From the NCBI GenBank assembly GCA_030248215.1, contig JASANG010003338.1:186001-250000 (forward strand): a stretch of 64,000 bases of DNA, given 5' to 3'. How positions within the stretch are numbered: the stretch's first letter is position 1; every line of letters starts with the position of its first letter. Shown piece by piece: positions 38,601 to 47,666 of the stretch. The notes beneath the pieces were generated by a model, which ran no database searches, was not told where the DNA came from, and saw only the letters and a list, made by a program, of their open reading frames with translations. Source of the stretch: Enoplolaimus lenunculus (taxonomy: Eukaryota). The position numbers and the translations under genes were made by a program.

Positions 38601-41600
38601 GAATTTTTCAATTGCTTGCTTTTCTATAAGTAAATATTAAACCTTTCACACATGAAGCATACTGTGAGCAACTTAACGCAAACTGTACGCAATGCGCAGT
38701 GATTAGTAATTACAACATCGCTTGAAATTAGGGTTTTATATGAAATAGAAAATATTCACGGGATGAAATAGAAAATATTCACGGGAGAATGGGTTAAAAA
38801 TTAATCGCAAAGTTTATTTTAAGTCGGTTACGGTTCTGTAGAAATAAATTTTAATTTCCTTTTAATATGGTTTAAAGAAGTGCCAAGACCTTTTAACAAA
38901 AAAACCATTTCGATAAGTTCAAATTATATATCGGTAGTAAATATAATTGCATTCTGTAAATTTGCAAAATTGATTGATTCAAGCCCCATTCATCACACGT
39001 GCAAGATTTTCCACCGAGAACTCGCAGCTGCAACCTGCACGAAATACTTGCAGCTGCAAGTATTTTCAAAGGAACATTCCGATTGACCAATGAAACTGCA
39101 GCTGCAAGAACTTCAAAGCTACTTTGCGACCAAACCTGCGCATGCAAGTTGCACGTGCAAGTTTTCGAAACCTAAGCCTATTAATCCAGGAATTGTGTGG
39201 GGAACACTTTGGGTGGAAGTGAAACAAGAAGCACGACACGACCTGTTTAATTTGGCCAATTTTTTAGTTTGGCTGTAATCAAATTAACTTGAAGAACGCG
39301 TATTTACCGCTCGCAATAATCGTATTACGCGTAACACATCGAATAGTTGCTGTTGTTGGGAAATTGTTCAAGTTGCACGGCAACAGTTTCGATTCTGTAC
39401 ATTCAGCAGGATCGTCGAGTTCTGACTCAGAGCACGTCGCACACTGAAGGACGTCAAAATCTGTGCAGCAAAAAGTATATAATTGGATATGGGATGCGAA
39501 CGCAGCGATAGTCTTGAAACCCAGATAAAGAGTCCTAGTGAACGTTGTTGAAACATTTGCAACCCTACTAGTTCTCATTTAATTTGCATGCATGTATGTG
39601 TCATTGATCAAGTCGTAATTGAGCCCAATTCTGAATTGGGCTAGACCAAAGTGGAATAACGACTTGTGCTAACCCAAGGCGGAATCATTTCTGATAAAGC
39701 GGTGCGTATTCTGATTGGTTACTTGATAGCGGTAAATTAAAGCAAATCTAACTGTTTGGTAGCCAATAGGTACTTAACCACTACTTGGTCAATCAGAAAA
39801 TAGCGCGGCAATAAGGTAGTAACCAATCACAGGGCGTACGCTGGTAGCAGAGAAAGAATTACGTCGTGGGCTAGCGCAAGTCGTAATTTCGCGCTGGACT
39901 AGTCCAATTCAGAATTGGGCTGATTTACGGCTTGGGCTACGACATATATATTGTTATTCTTTCAAAACATGGAAAGAAAAGTTGGAAAGCTGCCCAAAAT
40001 GTGTATGTGGGACATTTCAGGTTTATGACATAATAATACACACACGAGGTAGACACTGCAGGCATATATGTCGATAATTTTTGTCCAGGTTTGATCAGGA
40101 ACCTTTTTAAAATTGTTAAAGCAAGAACCCGTTATAAATTTTTTAATAGTACATAACCGTATTCTTTCTACAATCCAGGCCGCACCCCTGAATACATATC
40201 GTTAAAGTAGGCAATCGAAAGTCAATGTATATTGCTGGTAAACAGTAAAGCTAACCACAAATGCAACTACTTTTCAGCATTTTAGAGCGAGTTTGAAGAA
40301 ACTGTTTGAAATTTGCCGCCCGAACGCATATCAGATCTCTGGTTTCAGCTCTGGTCCTTGTTTTTATAATCAATAAAAGTTATAAAAACGTAACCTTGTG
40401 GGATTTTAGGAACTTCCACCCCGCTTGACAACACTGGAGACGACAATGCTGCAGTAGGTTCTGATTTTGAAGTTGGTTCACCAACGCTTAAGACCGGTTC
40501 TTGTAGTTTCGTTGGTCTTTCAGGTTGTGGTTCTGGCTCTACAGCTGCGATTGGTGATAAAATGCCTTCAGAATAGTTAGGATCCGGCTCTGAGTAAGCA
40601 ATATTTGTATTTGATACTGGTCGAACCTAAAAAATTGAATTAATCAGAGTTTTAATAAGTCTGTAAAACACACCGTATTGACAAATGCAAACTTCAAAAG
40701 AAAAGGATTTGAAATGTACGATTAAGACAAATAATTTCTTCATCCAAATTTTATTTCTGTTCGTAAATAGCGAAGTTGAGCCGTCGTTGAAATAGATTTT
40801 TTGGCGAGAAAACTCGTTAATATAACAAGTGGAAACACATGCGGTGTGTTGAAAACAACCCCACTGTTCTAAAACTTACATTATAAGTTAAAGCCTCGAC
40901 TAACGAGTACTTGCTTAGATTTCTTGTTTACGGCAATTAACTTTTTTTTTCAAAAGATAAATAAAATATTTTAGTAAGTTTTTTTCAGTTTTAAAAGCTA
41001 AAAGGAATTTTCTTTCATTTGGAACTTGTTTTGTATTACTACATTTGTTACATTTTGTTGTTTTTCCTTTATTTCTCATTCTTCCGTTGGAGTATTTTTC
41101 AGAACGCGGCGCTAAAATGATTTTGGGTTTTTCTAAACATTCTATATACTTGTTTATCATTAAGTTTTCGATTGTTCTAATTTGAACAAGCGGCTAAATC
41201 TACTGCGGTATTATTTAAAACAATATATTTAAAAATCACTGACTTATACGCACATGTCGGACCAGCCGAAGTCTCTCCTGCGTGTAAAGGCCCTGAATGC
41301 TGATGGAGCGGACACTTAAGACTTTCTGACTGCTTTAGCTAAGTCTGCATAACGATATACATATATTATATATTGTATATATAACAACCGGTAGTTTTGT
41401 TTTTATTTTATATGTTTTTACAAATTAATCAGGCGTTGTACTGAAGCTTGGCCCAGTCAAATTTTGTGATATCAGTTTTCTTGCTGATAAGACATACAAA
41501 ACTAATTCTCGTCACTGCGAAATTGAAGAACTAAACGAAGAACTGAACCTTATACAGTCTGCATTTATGCCCTTGTACAGTTTGTATTTAAGCCCGTGTA

Positions 41601-44600
41601 CAGTTTCCCGGTAGAGTTTTCAAACTTTTCAGACATTGGTATAGCACTATATATATATATATATTGCGTTTTTAGTCTTAGTTCTTGCTTTTCGCTCCGT
41701 TATGTTTAGCATGTCATAGCTTTCGGGTTGCGTTGTACTTATCGGCGCGCGGCCGCATGCGGTAATTTTTGATAAAGTTTTACAGCGCCGCGCGCCGGCG
41801 CCCGGCGACGTTCGGCGGCGCTCGGCGGCTTTCAGCGGTGTTCGGCGGCTTGCAGCAAGTATAGCGCAACTCTTACAGTGTCACATTATTCTTATAACAT
41901 AATTATGTATATAATCAACTTTAAAACGTATTATTTGAAATGTTTATTCTTATAACAAATTTTTAAAATCTGTTCTATTTTCAAATTAGAATTGACCTTG
42001 GTTTTAGCATGATAAAGATACCGTTTTTGAAAATGCATGGTTTAGGCAACGACTTTGTAGCCGTCGACAAATGTAGCGTTGCGCAGCTCACGAACGACAC
42101 GCTCGTCAAGTTAGCGATTTGTATTAGTAACCGTAAAACGGGTATTGGTTGTGATCAATTTCTACTGTTCGACTACAAGCAGCCGCATATTAAAAATTTT
42201 AGCTGTAAATCTTTAGCACAAAATAAACGATTAGATAGAAAAATTTCTGAGAATACTCGAAACATTGCTGAAGGCAAAGGCGGCGATTCTACAGTTCTAG
42301 TATTCACAATGGCAATATACAACTGTGATGGATCTATTGGAATGGCATGTGGGAACGCAAGCCGTTGTGTGGCCCGACTATTAGCTGAAATGTACAACGT
42401 TAGTCATTTGAAGCTCCAAGTTGCCAATCGCATTCTAGATTGTTACGGTAATCATCCGAATAATATGGCAGATTGATATTTATTTTACTCTTCCAGAAGC
42501 TATTCCACTATTGTTCTGTTATGGACCATTTTTTTATTTTTAATACACACTTCTTTTATATCATTTCTTCTCGGCAGACCGAAGCATTTTCACCCATTGC
42601 CATGTCCGCTAATCTTTTTTCTGGATAAAAGTTTATTCGGGTTGTCTGAGAGTCTGTTTTGAACAGTGTAGGGCATTATTCTACTTTGGCCTCCGGATTA
42701 AATGTCCTGGTCTCTGGTAGGGTTTCTGAAACTCTACTTAAGTTTAAGTACGATTTAAGTACTGTGCTAAGTATATGATTACTTAACCATTTGGTCGTTT
42801 TTAAAAGCTTAGTTTCGTTAAGTAAATACTTTAAATCGCTGACTTAATTTGATAACAGACTTTTAGTTCTGGCATATTATCGATCTAATTGAAAATGTAG
42901 ACTCATGGTGCCTCATTAATGTAAATCAAATCTATGGCTTTCTTGCTAAGACAATGGCTCGTATTTGGTGGTTCATTGTTTTTGGTCAAAAAGTCAAGCA
43001 TTTAGTTAAGTCTGCGACTTAAGTAATTACTCAAGTATAACTTAAGTAAATACTTAAGTACGGTTTCAAAAATCCAGGTTCCACTAACAGAGTCTAATAG
43101 GCACGCACACTCCTATTGAATAGAAATCAACATAGAATGGAATTGAATACCCGCTCTAATTACACCCACCCTTATTCGGGTCACTACCGTATTTACTAAA
43201 GCTTTGAAAATCGATTTCGAAACGAATCCAGACAATCAAGACGACTCCGGCCAGCAAAATGATTTTGAAGAAAGCTCAGAGATTGATGAAACTTCTTGTA
43301 TTTCGGCACAGTATCAAAATATATGCTCAAATGAACCAACAAGACAGGTCACCGTTGATATGGGGACAGCAAATTTCAATAAACCATGGATGCTGTATTC
43401 AGACACTGACATAGTTTCAAAATTAGTTAGCCTACCATTGTGTTCAAACAATAACCCAATCGTGTCTGTCGCATGTGTTGATATGGGCAACCCGCATTTA
43501 GTAATTTTTCTCACTCATATTCCAAGTAAATCGACGCTAATTGAAATCGGGCAGTATTTTCAACGCAAACAAATATTTACAGCAGGTATTAACGTTAACT
43601 TTGCGGTCGTTCAATCAGCAAATGCGGTTGAAGTAACAACGTATGAACGTGGGGTAAATAATTTAACACTGGCTTGTGGCAGTGGAGCATGCGCTGTATT
43701 TGCTACTGGATGGAAAGCTGGATTCACCAACGATAAAGTGTGCGTTCAGTTTAGTTCAGGACGGTTATGGGTTCAATGGAAGGATGGTAGGCCTAACGAA
43801 GGAATCACTCTGACTGGACCGGCTACATATGTAGCGAGCGGAGAATATTTATTTGACAGCTCACATTTTTGAAGCCAAGGGATTATTTTGAAAAGGTTTA
43901 GCTCGCTGGAAAATCGCGTGTTTCCTTAATGCGTCTTCTACAATAGCTTTGATGCCCTCTCTGAAGTCTTGACCTGGGTACGGGCCTGGTTTAAACTCAT
44001 CGTGTTCTTGAGTTAGACTCTCACATCGGCTTGAATGGAACGGTTGCTTACCTGAGTTCTGACCGCTGTAGCGTTTGGATGGTATATTGCTGCCACTCGC
44101 TGTACAATATTCGGCTGAAATTGTATTTTGATGTTCGACAGTTTCATGATTTTAAAATAAAATAACAACGTATTCTCTCCTGGTTTTGCGCTTAACTATG
44201 GCTTATATTCTCAAATGCGTATAGCACTTATCGGCAGTTGCCGATAGGTTTTTAGACTGACGAATTATTGCAGTTGCGCATTCTTAAATTGGTACAGGAG
44301 TTAGAGCAAATCAGATGCGTTAAATGTGCAAAATTTTGACCTCACATTTTACTGGTTCCAAAGTTACAAAATCAATCAAAACTGCTGACGGGTACTAGAG
44401 ACATTTGAGAATACAGCCCTTGGTTATATGGTATAATGTTTGTAGCACCAATCCCCAGTTAGCAATATGTGTAATATCTTTCGAACTAGTAAATATTTCG
44501 TTTCTATATTTAAGACTATTTGTTTCTTATACATCCTACTTCTGCTGCGTAATTTTCGGTACCAACAACTGCAGTAGTTTATAAAGTTAAAAAACCTATC

Positions 44601-47600
44601 GCTAACTGGTTCTTTTTGCTAATTGCTATGCTGCATTCATTTGATACACACACAGAAAGACACTGCATATTGCAAAAATTGCATTCGTCCGCCTGAGTGA
44701 GGCATTGCAGGCTCACTATGACAGCCGTCAGTTTTCTGACTACAGTGAATAAATTAGCCATTAAACGTACGTATAGCAGTAAAGCTAATTTCAATTAACG
44801 TTTAGTTCAACTTTGATCATAAATCACGTAACTTCGCACTTAACATTAAAAATATCATCTAAACGCTGTAATAAAAACACTTACTTGACCTTTAGCAGTT
44901 GACTGCAGCTGAATCAAACCAGTGTTGGAGTGATCGTTTCCAGCGGGTACCGTTGGATTAACAATTGCTGGACGTCGTCGCGGAAACTGTTGTAAATTGC
45001 GATAATACTGAGCGAGCCGAGCGTGGGCTGCTGGCGAATTAAATGCCGGATTTTGTAGCGCTCCGATTAAATATTGTCCAGGCAAGGGACCAGGAGCAGT
45101 AGCATCAGTAGATACACGCCCACTTGTTGCTTGAGGGTTCGATGCGGTGTCAAATCGCGAAGCAAATTGTAGCCGCGGTGATAAAATGTCGTGGGAACTG
45201 GACGGGGGTCGGCGGAAACGCTTTCTAGTGGGCAAAGCGCTTGCTGGTGGTAAGTTGACGTTCAGCGACGGTTGAATGACCAGTATACGTTCGTCATATG
45301 CTGAATCAGGCAGAGACGGCGACTGGATAGGTTTCAACGCTGAATTTACCTGAAATTTGTCAAAAAAATAACACTTTAACTTATTAGTATGTTTTGAGAT
45401 AAAGTTTTTAGATATTTATTTTAAAAAATAGAAATATGACCCCGAATGGATTGAATTTATTTTTGACACGGGTAAGTTTTCCACGCTAGCACATCCTTTT
45501 GATGGCGCCCAGCAAAACAAATATTGAAATCGTCAATCTGAACAACAGCTTACAAAATTTTCTACAGCGTTTCAATTATACCTGCTTTTGATCAAATTTC
45601 GCAAATAAATTTTCGTAAAATTACTAAAGGATTATATGAACAGAAGCGTTTAATACAACTTCGAAAAATTAATAATTCGGACCCCAGTTTCACTGGAACC
45701 GGCCAGAGATCAGTTTACATGAATGAGTTTCTATACTTAATTATTTCACAGTTACGTTTGAGAGAATAATAAACAATTGTGTTTCGTTTTAGCCAACTAA
45801 AATTACGATATCATTAAACTAAACAAGTATGCGTACCTGAGCGGTTTGAACTTCACCATCTAAACTGAGAGAAATTTCAGGCGTTGGAGGCGCAGCGGCA
45901 CCAGCATGAATTAATGCGATCGCCGAATAACTTCGATTCAACGTATCGATTTGACTAGCAAGTGATTTTTGGTTGCAAAAATCGTGATTGCATACGCACA
46001 CACTTGTGTCCGGATTCGCAGCGAAACACGTTCGAGACGGTTGGCCGCCGTTATTGCGAATGAATTCTTCTTCGGATATGCATTCTTTTGAGATCGAATA
46101 ATCACCTAAAACACAGAGAACACTCAAAACTACATTTGTACTGCTTGGAAGTATTTTTAAAGCTGAACATATGCAAAGCATTCAAACTGCCAATTTTCTG
46201 ACACGACAAAGATTTATGTTTATCCTAGTGATCATTCGCATGTCTTGTTTTGTATGGTTCGGTATTCCTGATTAGCATTCATAATAATCTATAGGTGGAC
46301 TGAAATTTGTATTTCTATTGCATGATCTGGACTCAATGATGGAGTATGACCTAACGTTGTTTTGAAGCCAGTTTGCCTTGCAGATCCCCAAAACGAACGT
46401 CATGCAAGGCAAGATTACAAGGAGTTTTTTTTTTCAAAATTGTACAAATTCGTCTTAAAATGCTGGATTCAGCGGCTTTTACCTGGTGCAAAGTTTGTTT
46501 TGACTGTTTTACACAAAACGCTCGTGCCTTTTGGCAATTTTGGATGCATTGTCGACGGGTTGCATTCAACTTGAAATTGTGATGAGCATTCGCCACGTTC
46601 TGTCGGGCCACACACGTAGCATTTTATGGCAAAACCTGTAATTAAAATGACAGAGTGCTTCTAGAAATCAATTAGGTCAATCCTGAAATGCTCATGCATC
46701 ACATCTGCATGCCGACTAGTGCCAAGATTCACTCGATTGAATTTCGGTTAAACCAGCACACCAGTTTCGTGAAGTTATCATGGATTTGCTTGCGCGTAGT
46801 CTCGCTTTCACGCATTTTATTCGGTCAATAATAGACAAATTTGACATAAATTTGTTTGAAAGGGTGCTTAAAGGACAGATGCGCTTCCGAAATTTCTGAA
46901 GAAACAAATAAACTTTATACGTTTTTAAATAGTTTGCAGCAAAGGTGTACGTAGGTAGAGATTTTTTAATAAGTTTGCGTTTTTCCCGTGGAAATTTTAT
47001 CTTTCACCCGTGGGTCTATACGCGCAGAAAAAGTTGTCTAATTTACTAGTGTACTGTTCCTTGGTGTCCATTTACGTCACAAAAAGTTCTATAGTAACTG
47101 GATGGGTGCAATCGGAGGTGAAAAATACTCAGCTTAATTTCACCAAGTTTTGCCGATTCTGGAGTTCGCGGTTTGACATACCTACGCAACGCGGTTACGA
47201 TACGTCCAAATTGTGGAGTTAGAAAAATTTTCCGCAATGTTGTCAAAAGTTAGTCTTTAAGTCACTTTTTAAAAGTCTCTGTAAGTAACACTTCAAAAAT
47301 TACTCGAAAGTCAGTCGGGGCGGTGATTTGACGATCGTAGAGAAGGGTGCACCTGACCGAATGGTCATCGGGGGCCGAAGAATTGCAAGGGTTGTGGAGT
47401 CATGATAGTTCCGGCGAATGTGTATTATATGGCAAGGTTCCACTAGAAAGTTTGTGCTAACCTTAACACTGGAAATCTGTTCAGTTTACGATTAAAACGG
47501 GTATTATTTGAACATTTGTCAAAAAATGCGGAAAGTTACTAATTTTGGACTGATAGTTGAAAAATATTTTGGTTCGCTTCATTGTTTTTGCATTAAAATA

Positions 47601-47666
47601 CTTACATTGTGGAATGTAAACACACGCAGCTGCGATAATTGCAAAGTAAATGTTTAACGGTTTCAT
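35662..47666 (-). CDS. Secreted, probably GPI-anchored protein with three 8-Cys Ly6/uPAR (three-finger)-like modules and Pro/Ser-rich linkers; 11 exons, 777 aa
   Basis: Exons 47666-47606 (signal peptide MKPLNIYFAIIAAACVYIPQ), 46635-46483 (IKCYVC), 46105-45837 (CVCNHDFCN), 45349-44885, 44114-44052, 40626-40395, 39460-39308 (LQCATC), 38623-38331 (FCVCSESSCN), 37848-37704 (YCKQC), 37146-36980 (YCVCKTDNCN) and 35994-35662 (SSAG followed by the hydrophobic tail LLLFVIFASFMLTLR*). All junctions are GT-AG and phase-consistent, totalling 2334 nt. Confidence 0.85.
38741..38787. repeat. 23-bp perfect tandem duplication
   Basis: tgaaatagaaaatattcacggga occurs twice in tandem. Confidence 0.85.
39595..39948. 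mobile_element. Palindromic foldback MITE with subterminal hairpins
   Basis: The whole element is an imperfect inverted repeat. Each arm carries its own palindrome (gcccaattctgaattgggc; tccaattcagaattggg), and ccaat/attgg motifs recur internally. Confidence 0.8.
41722..41874. mobile_element. Short GC-rich MITE copy ~135 bp upstream of the dapF start
   Basis: gggttgcgttgtactt...caagtatagcgcaactctta. Same TIR family as 22910-23207 and 56669-56930. Confidence 0.7.
42009..43872 (+). CDS. dapF: Diaminopimelate epimerase of bacterial type, 2 exons (42009-42447, 43202-43872), 369 aa
   Basis: Signature motifs KMHGLGNDF, GIGCDQ, IYNCDGS..ACGNASRC, VDMG, CVDMGNPHLV, GINVNF and YERGV...TLACGSGACA, plus the C-terminal TLTGPATYVASGEY. 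Donor TACG|GTAATC at 42448 (phase 1) joins acceptor ctaaag|CT at 43201 in frame. An alternative in-frame acceptor exists at 43231. Confidence 0.95.
42719..43077. mobile_element. MITE with cttaagta repeats inside the dapF intron
   Basis: ggtttctgaaactctacttaagt pairs imperfectly with acttaagtacggtttcaaaaatcc. Multiple internal cttaag motifs. Confidence 0.65.

Noticed and set aside
42009..43872. dapF as a bacterial contaminant, or as two separate or pseudogenised ORFs
   Set aside because: The halves join in frame through a GT-AG intron containing host repeats. The gene lies inside an intron of a metazoan gene, and there are no neighbouring bacterial genes or operon structure.
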